64,000 nt of DNA from Candidatus Poseidoniales archaeon (GTDB lineage: Archaea; Thermoplasmatota; Poseidoniia; Poseidoniales; Poseidoniaceae), in the NCBI GenBank assembly GCA_038116375.1, contig JAYNUQ010000007.1, positions 1,093 through 65,092 of the forward strand. The letters run 5' to 3'. The notes below the pieces were generated by a model. The model saw nothing but the letters and a program-made list of their open reading frames with translations, was not told where the DNA came from and did no database searches. This document shows, piece after piece, positions 18,477-28,420 of this stretch (positions within the stretch are counted from its first letter, which is position 1; each line of letters opens with the position of its first letter). Both the position numbers and the translations under genes were made by a program.

Positions 18477-18646
18477 GGTGCAGGGTGCCCATTGAAGGAC
18501 TTGAAGGATGCCCCTCTCTATTTTCCCGGAATTTGGATTTATCCGCTCCGTCTTGTGTTTTTCCTCACCTGAAAATTGAGGACGAGTGAACAAAAATGAA
18601 CAAAATTTGGAGGAGCGTTCAAAACCGCGTCCTCGGTCGGTGAACC

Positions 18647-21600
18647 ATGGCTCAACCTTCATCGGCAGGTGAATTGAACGCCGTGGATTTGGAAACGGGC
18701 CTCCTTGAACAGTGGGCAACAGAAAAAACGTTCCAATCCTCCATTGACGGACGCCGCAACAACGCACCGTTCATCTTCCTCGAAGGACCGCCCACCGCCA
18801 ACGGTAAGCCAGGCATTCATCACGTGGTCGCTCGAACCTTCAAGGATCTCGTGTGCCGCTGGAAGGCGATGGAAGGGTTCCTGGTTGAGCGAAAGGGAGG
18901 GTGGGACACACACGGTCTTCCCGTGGAAATTGAAGTCCAAAAGCGACTTGACCTCATGAGCAACGAAGCGATTGAAGCCTTCGGCATGGCAGAATTCAAC
19001 CAAGCCTGTCGTGAGTCCGTTTGGACCTACGAAGCAGCATGGCGAGAGATGACCGAGCGCATGGCGTATTGGGTGGACCTTGACAACCCCTACGTGACCC
19101 TCCACAACGACTACGTCGAATCGGCTTGGTGGGCGTTGAAGCAAATGTTCGACAAGGGCCTGCTCTACAGAGGTCACAAGGTGTTGCCTTACTGCCCGCA
19201 GACGGGCACGTCCTACTCCAGCCACGAAGTTGCCCTGGGCTACAAAGAAGTGGAAGAGCCCTCGGTCTATGTCAAGTTCAAACTGACCGACGACGACGCT
19301 TCCATCTTGGCCTGGACCACCACGCCGTGGACCTTGCCAGGAAACGTTGGCTTGGCCGTTGGACCCGATGTCACCTATGCCCGATGCCGCATCAAGGAAG
19401 CGGCTGGAGAGGCATGGACGGGCGCCGGCGGTGCTGAGGTCGGCGAGGAAGTCATCTTGGCCAAGGACCTCATGAAGGACGTGCTTCGACATCATGTCGA
19501 CATCGTCGATGAATTCCCCGGGTCGGATTTGGTTGGTCGCTCGTACGAACCGCTCTTCCCCGAGGCCGTTCCACGAGGCGACTCAACGACGGCCTGGACC
19601 GTGCTTGCCGCCGACTGGGTCACGACCACGGACGGTACGGGCGTGGTCCACACCGCCGTGATGTACGGTGAGGACGACTACAACCTGGGTATGGAGGCTG
19701 GCCTTCCAGCTCACCACACCGTTGGCATGGACGGTGCCTTTGTTGACGGCACCCACCCTGAACTCGACGGCAAGTACGTGAAATCCTGCGACGAGGCCAT
19801 CATCGGCTTGCTTTCCGCACCCAAAGGCAGCAACGGAAAAGGGCCGGAAAGCGGGTTGCTCTATCGCGAGAAGGACTACCTTCACGACTACCCGCACTGC
19901 TGGCGAACCGACCACCCCTTGCTCTACTACGCCATGGACTCGTGGTTTGTGCGCATGACGGCGGTCAAAGAAAACCTGCTCAAGTTCAACGACCAAGTCG
20001 AATGGGCCCCTGATTGGGTTGGAGAAGGTCGCTTTGGTGAATGGCTTCGAAACGTCAAGGACTGGGCCATTTCTCGAGAACGCTACTGGGGCACGCCCCT
20101 CCCCGTTTGGCGAAGCGAAAACGGTGAAATGAAGTGCGTCGGCTCCATCCAAGAACTCCAAGACGAGGTAGCCAAGGCCGTGGCCGCTGGGTTTGACAAT
20201 CCAGAGTGCCCCGACGATGTCGACCTCCATCGGCCCGTCGTTGACGGCTTCACCCTCATCTCGGACAGCGGCGCTCCGATGAAGCGGGAACCCTTCGTGA
20301 TGGACTGCTGGTTCGATTCGGGATGCGCACCGTTTGCCCAGTGGCACCATCCCTTCGACAACGAGGCCACCTTCAGCAGCTCCTTCCCGGTGGACTACAT
20401 CTGCGAGGGCGTTGACCAAACCCGAGGATGGTTCTACACCCTGCTTGCCGTTTCGGCCACGGTCTTTGACGACATGGCCTACAAGCGATGCCTTTCCCTC
20501 GGTCTTATTTTGGATGCAGAAGGGAAGAAGATGTCCAAATCTCGAGGCAACATCGTCGACCCGTGGGACCATTTCAACAGGGAAGGGGCAGACGCCACAC
20601 GCTGGTACATGGTCACGGCGGGTGCCCCGTGGAACCCCATGAAATTCGACCCCAACGGTGTGCGGGAGACGTACGCCAAGATGTTCCTCACCACGTGGAA
20701 CGTTTACAAATTCCATGCTGATTACGCTGCGCTGGACGGTTTTGATCCTGAGGCACAGGACGTACCCGTTGAGCAACGAAGCGCCCTCGACCGATGGATT
20801 CTCTCGCGCCTTCACACCGTCGCCACGGCCTATCACGAGAACTTCACCAATTGGCAATTCCACAAAGCGTGCCGTGACCTTGAGGATTTCATGGTCAACG
20901 ATGTTTCAAACTGGTACGTGCGACGAAGCCGCAGAAGGCTGTGGGACGAGGCGGACAGCAACGACAAACTGGCCTGTCAACACACCCTCCACGAGGTGCT
21001 TGAAACGGTGTGTAAACTGGTTGCTCCCGTCTCGCCTTTCATGGTTGACCGCATCCACCGAAACTTGACCGGTGCCTCGGTCCACACCGCCGACTGGCCA
21101 CTCGGCGTACCTGGAGCACTTGAGGGGGCAACCGCTGATGCGTGGGACGAAACGGCTGCAAAGGCAACGGCCATTCTTCCGCCCCAAGACCTCGCTCTTG
21201 AACAGACGATGGCCCTGGTGCGAGAACTCGCTGAAGCCGGTCGACGCATCCGCATTGACGGCGGACGGCGACAACGGTTGCCATGCGCTCAAGGCTGGAT
21301 TGTCGCAGGCCCCGACCTCTCGGCGTTCCACGACCTTCTGGCAGAGGAACTCAACGTTGAAACCATACTGGTCGAGGACGACCTTGACCGATTCCAGCAA
21401 ATTGAATTGGCACCGAATTTCCGGGCGCTCGCACCGAAGGCAAGAGCCGAAGTCAACAACGTGGCCAACGCCATCCGTACCGCCGAAGACCCCGTGGCCT
21501 TGTTGGCATCCATCAACGACGGTGGAGCGGACGTGTTGGGCGTGACCGTGGAGAGCGGGGACGTCGAGGTCAAGCGCGTGGAGCGAGCGGGCTTTGCAGC

Positions 21601-21937
21601 CCAAACCGTAGAGATGGACACCGAAAGCGAACAACTCCACGTCAGTCTGGTGTTGGACATGAACGACACACCCGCCCTTTTGTCCAAAGGGATGGCCAGA
21701 GACATCGTCCGACGCGTGCAGGCAAAGCGGAAGGACCTGAACCTCGAGATTGAGGCCACCATCGATTTGGAGGTGTGGCTCACCAACGCCCCCGAAATGC
21801 AGTCCGAAGACGAGGCTTGGGTGGCCACAGAAACCCGAGCTGCTGGTTGTATTTTTCACCCCGAAGGCGTCGTTCCCTCTGACGATGTTGAGCACTTTGA
21901 GGTGGACGGGACCTCGGTTCATTTCTCGGTCAAGTGA
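18647..21937 (+). CDS. ileS: Isoleucyl-tRNA synthetase
   Basis: 1096 aa. Contains class I HIGH (PTANGKPGIHHV) and KMSKS (GKKMSKSRGN) motifs with the archaeal/eukaryal-type IleRS layout. Confidence 0.97.
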   Translation: MAQPSSAGELNAVDLETGLLEQWATEKTFQSSIDGRRNNAPFIFLEGPPTANGKPGIHHVVARTFKDLVCRWKAMEGFLVERKGGWDTHGLPVEIEVQKRLDLMSNEAIEAFGMAEFNQACRESVWTYEAAWREMTERMAYWVDLDNPYVTLHNDYVESAWWALKQMFDKGLLYRGHKVLPYCPQTGTSYSSHEVALGYKEVEEPSVYVKFKLTDDDASILAWTTTPWTLPGNVGLAVGPDVTYARCRIKEAAGEAWTGAGGAEVGEEVILAKDLMKDVLRHHVDIVDEFPGSDLVGRSYEPLFPEAVPRGDSTTAWTVLAADWVTTTDGTGVVHTAVMYGEDDYNLGMEAGLPAHHTVGMDGAFVDGTHPELDGKYVKSCDEAIIGLLSAPKGSNGKGPESGLLYREKDYLHDYPHCWRTDHPLLYYAMDSWFVRMTAVKENLLKFNDQVEWAPDWVGEGRFGEWLRNVKDWAISRERYWGTPLPVWRSENGEMKCVGSIQELQDEVAKAVAAGFDNPECPDDVDLHRPVVDGFTLISDSGAPMKREPFVMDCWFDSGCAPFAQWHHPFDNEATFSSSFPVDYICEGVDQTRGWFYTLLAVSATVFDDMAYKRCLSLGLILDAEGKKMSKSRGNIVDPWDHFNREGADATRWYMVTAGAPWNPMKFDPNGVRETYAKMFLTTWNVYKFHADYAALDGFDPEAQDVPVEQRSALDRWILSRLHTVATAYHENFTNWQFHKACRDLEDFMVNDVSNWYVRRSRRRLWDEADSNDKLACQHTLHEVLETVCKLVAPVSPFMVDRIHRNLTGASVHTADWPLGVPGALEGATADAWDETAAKATAILPPQDLALEQTMALVRELAEAGRRIRIDGGRRQRLPCAQGWIVAGPDLSAFHDLLAEELNVETILVEDDLDRFQQIELAPNFRALAPKARAEVNNVANAIRTAEDPVALLASINDGGADVLGVTVESGDVEVKRVERAGFAAQTVEMDTESEQLHVSLVLDMNDTPALLSKGMARDIVRRVQAKRKDLNLEIEATIDLEVWLTNAPEMQSEDEAWVATETRAAGCIFHPEGVVPSDDVEHFEVDGTSVHFSVK

Positions 21938-21946
21938 GGCCTCAAC

Positions 21947-22696
21947 GTGCGCATCGTTTCGCTGGTACCCAGCCTCACCCTGACCCTCTTCGACCTCGGA
22001 TTGGACGCTTCGTCCGTGGTTGGCCGCACCCCGTGGTGCATCCATCCAACCGACGGTGTGGCCAGCGTGCCCGTGGTCGGCGGTACCAAAACGCCGAACC
22101 TGGGGAAGATCAAATCGGCTCAACCCGATGTGGTTGTCATGGACCGTGATGAAAATCCCAAAGCCGTTTACGAGTGGTGTCTCGAACAAGGCTACGAGAC
22201 GTTTGTCTGCCACGTACAGCACCCCCGAGATGTTCCCGACATGCTCAGAGCGTTGGGGCGGGTGGTCAAACGGCCGAGTGAAGCCGAGGTGTGGGCGACC
22301 CAAATCGAGGACGAGCTCACGGCCGTCGCGGTCTCAAATGAACGGGTGGCTTTGCCGTTGATTTGGCACGACCCGCTGATGGCCGCCAACGGCACCACCT
22401 ACGCAGGAAACATGCTCGCCTGCATGGGCTACACCGTCCCCATCATCGAACCGGACGGCACGGGCTACCCAGAAGTGAGCGTAGAGTCCCTCGTACAGTG
22501 CGGCATCACCGACCTCTTTCTTTCAAGCGAACCCCATGAATTCACCACCCAAGAAGGTGAAGTGTTGCTCAACGCACTTCGGGCGCTCACCGACAACCCG
22601 CCAGCGTTGCACTTCATTGACGGTGAAGATTTGACGTGGATGGGAACGAGAACCCTTGCAGGTTTACGACGCTTGAATGACGGCAGGCCTTCGTGA
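21947..22696 (+). CDS. Periplasmic-binding-protein-like (BtuF/TroA helical-backbone, cobalamin/siderophore-binding family) protein without an obvious signal peptide
   Basis: RIVSLVPSLTLTLFDLGL...VVGRTPWC...GGTKTPNLGKIKSAQPDVVVMD matches the class III SBP pattern. GTG start at 21947, 9 nt after the ileS stop. Confidence 0.65.
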   Translation: MRIVSLVPSLTLTLFDLGLDASSVVGRTPWCIHPTDGVASVPVVGGTKTPNLGKIKSAQPDVVVMDRDENPKAVYEWCLEQGYETFVCHVQHPRDVPDMLRALGRVVKRPSEAEVWATQIEDELTAVAVSNERVALPLIWHDPLMAANGTTYAGNMLACMGYTVPIIEPDGTGYPEVSVESLVQCGITDLFLSSEPHEFTTQEGEVLLNALRALTDNPPALHFIDGEDLTWMGTRTLAGLRRLNDGRPS

Positions 22697-22763
22697 AGTG
22701 CCCACATTCGCCGTGAACTCGGAAAAGCGACGGCTTCAAATCACGCCCCAACGAGGCGTGGGT

Positions 22764-24155
22764 ATGCGCCGATGGTTCCTCGTGCTCGCCATGGCTTCGT
22801 CCATGGTACTGGCAGGTTGTTTTGGCGACGGCAGCGGCACGGTCGCTCCCGAGGAGACGTCGTCCATTTGGGAGTCCTACAGTCGCATCGACGCACAACC
22901 GCACGAAGTTGAGCGGATGTTCACGACCATTGACTTGCGCACCAACGAGTCGACCAACACCACGTGGGCAGTTTTTGATGCCTCCTACGGAGGAAATTGT
23001 TGCGAGCATTACCTCGCGACGGACATCGACGGTCAGATCCTGAACATTGGAGGCGAATACCCTGTGTTCTCCACCGACCGTGGCCACCTTTGGGACACCT
23101 ACGTTCCGCCTGCACTTCCCGATGCACAGTGTCGCACCTTCGTACCCACCAACCCGGGGCAAGAGGGATTGGGTGAAGGGAGCATCGTTCAGGCGACCAA
23201 CGGCGACATCATCTCGATGTCGTGGTTCCCCTACATCGGAGGTGACCTCAAACTCGACAAGTTCTACGCCATTCTCTACGACGAATCAGAAGGGGAGTGG
23301 AAGTGGTGTTACAACCGAATTACGGAACCGTTCTACGACCGTTCCTGGCAAGTGGAGGTCATCGGACCCATCAGTTCCTCCATCGGTGATGGAGAATGGG
23401 CCAGCATCGTGGTGTCCAACTTCTGGCACCAAACCCAGAATGCGGGGGGCCAGATCAGCGTTGACGGCCTCAATTACTACCCCTTCCAATTCCCAGGCCG
23501 GGACGGTGGCGACCCTGTCATTGAACTCGACCTTGATTTCACCGACGCCGACCTGCCTGCCTATTGGGACGTCAACAAGCCGCACAAGGAAATGCGAGCG
23601 TTCTCGGTGCCAAGCGGCGGTCTCATCTTCCCTTCCTATTACAACAACGGCAATGCCGCCTACATGGACACAACGCTCTCTTGGAACGAACTCGAGGTGC
23701 AATTCCCATCGGAATACTGCCAGATTGACCGCACCGGAACCCTCCATTGTGTGGTCAACTCCGGCACGACGTTCACCCACTACATGTCAACCGACGGCGC
23801 TCTAACGTGGTCAAATTACACCTATTCCCTTGACGCCACGGCTTCTCAAATCGAAGAGTGGGAATTCCAGGCCAACGGTGAACTTGACCTGTTCATTCTC
23901 AACGTGCGCTATCAATCCACCGAAGGTCCTGACGTGGACACCGTCTACCATGTCCGCGACTACTCTGAGGACATGTCGCCCGACACCCTGACCTACATCG
24001 GCCAGGGCGACCTCGACTCCACCTCTGGTGCCGGCAACGACATTCGATTCGATTTCGCTTCGCTCGCCATTCTCAACGACGGCGGCGTCGTGGTTGCCTA
24101 CCACGATTCCACCGACCCCGACCCGCTCTTTGCGGTCGAGCTTGAGTTGCCCTGA
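22764..24155 (+). CDS. Predicted lipoprotein with BNR/Asp-box (sialidase-like beta-propeller) repeats
   Basis: Start MRRWFLVLAMASSMVLAGCFG carries a lipobox (LAGC). Asp-boxes: FSTDRGHLWDTY and MSTDGALTWSNY. The longer track ORF from 22677 overlaps the preceding gene. Confidence 0.7.
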   Translation: MRRWFLVLAMASSMVLAGCFGDGSGTVAPEETSSIWESYSRIDAQPHEVERMFTTIDLRTNESTNTTWAVFDASYGGNCCEHYLATDIDGQILNIGGEYPVFSTDRGHLWDTYVPPALPDAQCRTFVPTNPGQEGLGEGSIVQATNGDIISMSWFPYIGGDLKLDKFYAILYDESEGEWKWCYNRITEPFYDRSWQVEVIGPISSSIGDGEWASIVVSNFWHQTQNAGGQISVDGLNYYPFQFPGRDGGDPVIELDLDFTDADLPAYWDVNKPHKEMRAFSVPSGGLIFPSYYNNGNAAYMDTTLSWNELEVQFPSEYCQIDRTGTLHCVVNSGTTFTHYMSTDGALTWSNYTYSLDATASQIEEWEFQANGELDLFILNVRYQSTEGPDVDTVYHVRDYSEDMSPDTLTYIGQGDLDSTSGAGNDIRFDFASLAILNDGGVVVAYHDSTDPDPLFAVELELP

Positions 24156-26159
24156 TCAGTCTTCAACTGAAAACATCTGGAGGATGTCGCCGAAGAGCGC
24201 CTTTGCCTCACCGCTGCTCTTCTCGACCAAACGCTTCACAATCAACTCGGGTGTGGACCGTGCGAGATGATTTCGCTTTGGTGTTCGGTCGACCAGCAGT
24301 TCAAGGTCAGCGCCTAAACCGCTGGCTTCAATACCGTCCACCCGAAGGTCGTCGCGACCGGTTGCACCGAGGATGGCCGGAGCAAGGTGGGTGACCAGCA
24401 ACATCGTCGTATCGGCCTGAGCCTCGGCCGCTAAGAGCATGCCAGCGATGATTCGAGCACCCGCACCGGGTTCGGTGATGGCTTCCAATTCATCGGCAAG
24501 GATCAATTTCGGCGTGGGGTCGCTGACCACCGTAGCCAGTTCAACAAGGGTTTGCTCCAGCGCTCCAGCGCTCTGCGTGCCTCCCGCCTTCGCAAGGATG
24601 TGGAGCGCCTCCACCTTTCCAATTCGGGCCGCTTTCGCGGGGACGGGAAGACCCATGTGACCGAGGATACAAGCATAGGCCATGCATTCCAAAAGCGTGG
24701 TTTTCCCACCCGAATTTGCACCCGTCAGCAACGCCAAGGACTGCTGGTCGCCCTTGATGGCCGCTTGGCCTAAGCCGTACGTGACGGGGTCAGGAGTGAC
24801 GCCCAACAGCACATGGCGCCCCTCTTCGAGCCACATACCATGGTCGACGAGTTCCGGTAGGACGCACCGGTCATGTTGGGCCCACCGTGCGATGGACAAC
24901 CACTGGTCGGCCTCGATGAGCCGACGCACCGCCACCTCGCAGTGAGGCTTGAGCGGACCGAGTTGACGAGCGAGGTTAACGAGGTGGTCGGTCTGCTCTG
25001 CTTTGAGTTTGGATTCGAGGGCTGCATCAATGCCGTCAATGCTTTGCCGGTCAATTTTTGCCGGCCACGAATCGGTGAAGATATCGAAGGGGCAGCGCAA
25101 ATGTGCTGGCTCAAGGAAGGCAGCGAGGTGTTCTCTGGCTTGCTGCATCGCTTCTTGAATCACATGCCCCGTGGCGTCGCGAAGTTTTCGCTGAAAAGCC
25201 GTGCCGTCCGCCAAGGCCTCGAGCAACTCCGCCCCGGAAAGGGCCATCTTTGCGTCGTTCATGGCGCTCTCAACCTGCTGGTTGACGGTTTCCTCGAGTT
25301 GTTTGACCGTGCCCCACAACTCGTCTTTGATTCGGGCGACCTCCTCGATGGACGAGGCATCACCGAGCATCGACATGGTTTCAGGGAGGGACGAGAGGGG
25401 CTCGAGGGCGTTGCGAAGCGCCTCCAACGCCCCGTTTTGAGGCAGGAGGTTTGCGTTCATGGCTTCAATAACGCCGCAGAGTACATCCAGTGTTTTCCTG
25501 TTGTGGGTGAACCAGTCGATGGTACGCTCGGGAACGATGAGCGCTTCTTCGGGGGACGAGCCCAAGACCAACCACCCGTCGGGAGCCTCCATCGGCGCGC
25601 CAGGACCCAGCCACGACACCGTTTTGAACACGGTATAGTCTTTCCAGGATTCTTGTGCAGTGGGTTGGAGAACACGGCAGAACTTCTTGAGATGGTCCAG
25701 CGGTTCGGGGGACACCACCACACGCTCGTAGCGTTCTTGCTTTTCCTTGAGCCGACCGAGGTGGCTCCATGCCTCGCCTTGTGCCTCAAGCCAGTCGGCG
25801 TCCAGCGCCATGGCCGCTGCTGCCAAGCGGCGCCGAGGTTCAGGGTCCGCCACCGGCATCAACAGGCCCATGCGCTCCCGTGTTGCTGAACACGAAGCAA
25901 ACGATTGGATATGAGCCAGAAGATGTTGGTGGAGTTTCCGAGCCTCTTTCGTAGCGAGGAAGGAGCCTTCCCCTCCCGCAAAAGACCGAGCCAGCGACAG
26001 CGCTCGCTTCACGGAAAGCCCTTCCACCTCTGCCAAACGACCCACGTCGCCCGAAGCGAGCGTGGAAACGACGGCCTCCTCTGAACCGAAGTGATCTTTC
26101 ATTTTCGACGCCATGCGTTCGGTGACCCCAGGAAGTTTGGTCAAAACCATGCGCACCAT
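24156..26159 (-). CDS. MutS-family ATPase (MutS2-like, domain V) with an N-terminal (HhH)2 module. No mismatch-recognition or Smr domain is evident.
   Basis: Walker A LTGANSGGKTTLLE, Walker B LILADELEAITEP, and MutS signature TH in LLVTHLAP. N-terminal HhH motifs LPGVTERMASKM and VEGLSVKRALSL. Confidence 0.85.
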   Translation of the reverse strand: MVRMVLTKLPGVTERMASKMKDHFGSEEAVVSTLASGDVGRLAEVEGLSVKRALSLARSFAGGEGSFLATKEARKLHQHLLAHIQSFASCSATRERMGLLMPVADPEPRRRLAAAAMALDADWLEAQGEAWSHLGRLKEKQERYERVVVSPEPLDHLKKFCRVLQPTAQESWKDYTVFKTVSWLGPGAPMEAPDGWLVLGSSPEEALIVPERTIDWFTHNRKTLDVLCGVIEAMNANLLPQNGALEALRNALEPLSSLPETMSMLGDASSIEEVARIKDELWGTVKQLEETVNQQVESAMNDAKMALSGAELLEALADGTAFQRKLRDATGHVIQEAMQQAREHLAAFLEPAHLRCPFDIFTDSWPAKIDRQSIDGIDAALESKLKAEQTDHLVNLARQLGPLKPHCEVAVRRLIEADQWLSIARWAQHDRCVLPELVDHGMWLEEGRHVLLGVTPDPVTYGLGQAAIKGDQQSLALLTGANSGGKTTLLECMAYACILGHMGLPVPAKAARIGKVEALHILAKAGGTQSAGALEQTLVELATVVSDPTPKLILADELEAITEPGAGARIIAGMLLAAEAQADTTMLLVTHLAPAILGATGRDDLRVDGIEASGLGADLELLVDRTPKRNHLARSTPELIVKRLVEKSSGEAKALFGDILQMFSVED

Positions 26160-26291
26160 CGTTTGTCAAGGGCTTAAGAGGATGACGCTGGGAGCAAGCG
26201 CATCATCACCGATTGTTGCGGGGGTTGAGCGACCCGTCTATTGAGAATCTACAGAGAAGGTTGGTCTCGCCGATGAACACCGTAGGACAAC

Positions 26292-26561
26292 ATGGGGACG
26301 AAAAGTGAACACCTCGCAGCAACCAATGCCGCAAGTTACGACCGCAGTTGGTTCGAAATTGATTCCTTGCTTGAGCAAGCCGTTCAGGAGATGAAAAAGC
26401 AGCGAGCGAAATACAAACTGAGGAAAATGACGGGTTCAAAGGCAGACAGAATGCGAGCCCTGATGAAATACACGCGGGCCAAAGCCGTGGTCGATACCCT
26501 CCGCTGGACCATCGGTACTCGTGGACAGCTTTCACCGCTGGACCAACCGTTGCAAACCTAA
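26292..26561 (+). CDS. Small basic helical hypothetical protein (89 aa)
   Basis: ORF track. The composition looks like a real protein (SWFEIDSLLEQAVQEMKKQRAKYKLRKMTG...). It fills an otherwise empty 400-nt gap. The overlapping minus-strand ORF (26206..26622) looks like an artefact. No family recognised. Confidence 0.4.
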   Translation: MGTKSEHLAATNAASYDRSWFEIDSLLEQAVQEMKKQRAKYKLRKMTGSKADRMRALMKYTRAKAVVDTLRWTIGTRGQLSPLDQPLQT

Positions 26562-26563
26562 AC

Positions 26564-28369
26564 TCAGCATACCCGTTGGCCGTCACCGCCGTAATCCTGC
26601 ATGGGTGCCTCGAACAGGTCATCGCAGGTGCGCTTGACGATCGGCAGCGTCAGGGTGGACTCCGCCCAGTTGATGGAATAACCACCCGCTGCGGCGGGTG
26701 AAGGCACGTAATCGCGCCCCGTTTGCGACATGGTGATGACGATGGTGTCGCCTTGTTCGAGGAAAATATCCATCGCCATGAATTCCATTTTGCCAAGCAC
26801 CGTTTGGAACCCAACCAGCGCCTCTTGACCGTCTCGCCCGCCCTCATGGAATCGGAAGTCCATCACGGCATGACCGAGCCGGAGACCGTTGCCGTCGCTC
26901 ATTTCGAGGTAGCCGTGGGCACCGTTGGCGGTGTGGGGGGTGACGGCGATGTGGAACGAAGGCATTCCGGCGATGTAGACGTCTTCTTCAAACGGACCGT
27001 AGGTCATGGTGATGGTTTCGGTCGTGGTGACCATGGAGGCCCCAGAGGGGTTCAAATCGGCTGCAGAAATCTCAAGATATTCGGTATCTGGAGCAGGGTA
27101 GGTTGTTTCAAATCGCCATCCACCGCGGTTGTCCTGCATCTCAACACCAAGGGTGGGCGCTCTGCCTTCGCCTTTGAGGTACCAGTCAAACCAATACAGC
27201 ATTTCATCCGCCCAGTCCCAACGGAGGGTGTAGGGATAGGCTTCGGCTCCTTCGCCCGAAGGCAGTGAACTGTGCCCTGAGGTTCGGTCGGGGTAATCGT
27301 GTGCCCATTGACCGGCCAAGGTCTTGATTTCAATACCGGCCTCCTCAACGATTTGGTGCGTCGGGAAGGACATGTGGGGGTCAACGTTCCAATCCTGCAT
27401 GCCCTGAATGATGTAGACCGAACCGTTGTAATTCTCAATGACCCTGTCAAGGAAGGAACGTTCGGTCCAGTAGTCGTTGCCCGCATAGGTCACCATGCCG
27501 CCCGAAAGATAAGCGGCTGGACCGTTGACGTAGCCTTCCATGTACCCTTCACAAAGCGTGTGCGCATCTTCGCTGTCGCCGTCAATTCCGAACGACCCGT
27601 AAACGCCGTTGTGCATGATCATGCCTCGCGCTTCCATGCTTCCGTTGCGCCACATCAATTCATGGACGCCGATGAGCCCCGACATCGGGACGATGGTGGC
27701 GAGGTGAGGGTTTCCAAAGGTGGCTGCCTGCCAGGGCGTCGAGCCGTCGTAGGACTTGCCGATCATGCCCACCTTGCCGTTGGACCACGATTGCGTACCC
27801 AACCACGAAACGGCGGCGTCAATCCCGCGCTGTTCATCGGTGCCCATGAGGTCCATGCAGTGGTTGGATTCCCCGGTTCCAAACACGGAGACTTGAGCGA
27901 CGCCAAAGCCATGCGGCACGTAATTCTCAATCAACATCTTCCCGAGTCGGTCGGCGGGGGTGAGCGCATCCACATCGCCGTCGTTGTAGTACGGTCCAAC
28001 CTCGGCGATGACGGGCACCTGGCACGATGGGTCCAAGCCCTCGCTTTCCCAATCGCAACCTTCGATGACGGGGAGCCACAAACCGAGGTGCACTTCAGCA
28101 TCTCCGGTCAAGCCCGCACCGCCGTCAGCGGCGGTGATGGTCGGAACCGGGACGTAGACCGAACGAACGGCGTCGATGGCGTAGGTTCCGTTGACGGAGA
28201 CGCGGGCGTAGATGTCTTGGTCGTCGTACATCAGGGTCGAGCGGTCCCACGGTTCGGGGTAGACGTTCTCCGATGGACCGATTTCATCCACGACCTCGGA
28301 TTCTCCAAAGCAACCAGCGAGCATGCTGGTCGAAAAGAGCAGCACGACCAGCACGGGCTTCAGGTCCAT
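26564..28369 (-). CDS. Xaa-Pro dipeptidyl-peptidase / CocE-NonD family serine hydrolase (MEROPS S15-like), predicted lipoprotein
   Basis: Start MDLKPVLVVLLFSTSMLAGCFG carries a lipobox. Nucleophile elbow GMIGKSYDGS (GxSYxG). Alpha/beta-hydrolase domain plus a C-terminal jelly-roll, typical of PepX/CocE. I chose ATG 28369; the track starts at TTG 28375. Confidence 0.85.
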   Translation of the reverse strand: MDLKPVLVVLLFSTSMLAGCFGESEVVDEIGPSENVYPEPWDRSTLMYDDQDIYARVSVNGTYAIDAVRSVYVPVPTITAADGGAGLTGDAEVHLGLWLPVIEGCDWESEGLDPSCQVPVIAEVGPYYNDGDVDALTPADRLGKMLIENYVPHGFGVAQVSVFGTGESNHCMDLMGTDEQRGIDAAVSWLGTQSWSNGKVGMIGKSYDGSTPWQAATFGNPHLATIVPMSGLIGVHELMWRNGSMEARGMIMHNGVYGSFGIDGDSEDAHTLCEGYMEGYVNGPAAYLSGGMVTYAGNDYWTERSFLDRVIENYNGSVYIIQGMQDWNVDPHMSFPTHQIVEEAGIEIKTLAGQWAHDYPDRTSGHSSLPSGEGAEAYPYTLRWDWADEMLYWFDWYLKGEGRAPTLGVEMQDNRGGWRFETTYPAPDTEYLEISAADLNPSGASMVTTTETITMTYGPFEEDVYIAGMPSFHIAVTPHTANGAHGYLEMSDGNGLRLGHAVMDFRFHEGGRDGQEALVGFQTVLGKMEFMAMDIFLEQGDTIVITMSQTGRDYVPSPAAAGGYSINWAESTLTLPIVKRTCDDLFEAPMQDYGGDGQRVC

Positions 28370-28420
28370 GTCCAAAGGGGCCCGAAGGAGTGATTTGAAT
28401 CAATCGGAAGCGTGATTCGT

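Noticed and set aside
19583-20863. 426-aa ORF antisense to ileS, plus the similar 465-aa ORF at 20906..22303
   Set aside because: They lie entirely within and opposite the confidently identified IleRS and binding-protein genes. Their composition is Arg/Gly/Val/His-rich and low-complexity, typical of antisense frames in GC-rich coding DNA, and no motifs are recognisable.
24873-25889. 338-aa plus-strand ORF inside the MutS-like gene
   Set aside because: It is antisense to a gene with clear Walker A/B and MutS motifs, and its junk-like composition gives no support as a separate gene.
27045-27062. tRNA T-loop-like strings (GGTTCAAATCGG at ~27050 and GGTTCGAAATTG at ~26350)
   Set aside because: Neither matches the GGTTCRAATCC consensus. 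No flanking acceptor or anticodon stems could be drawn. One lies inside the S15 peptidase CDS and the other inside the small ORF. I found no tRNA or rRNA genes.
27299-28393. 364-aa plus-strand ORF opposite the S15 peptidase gene
   Set aside because: An antisense artefact. The minus-strand frame carries the lipobox signal and the GxSYxG nucleophile motif.
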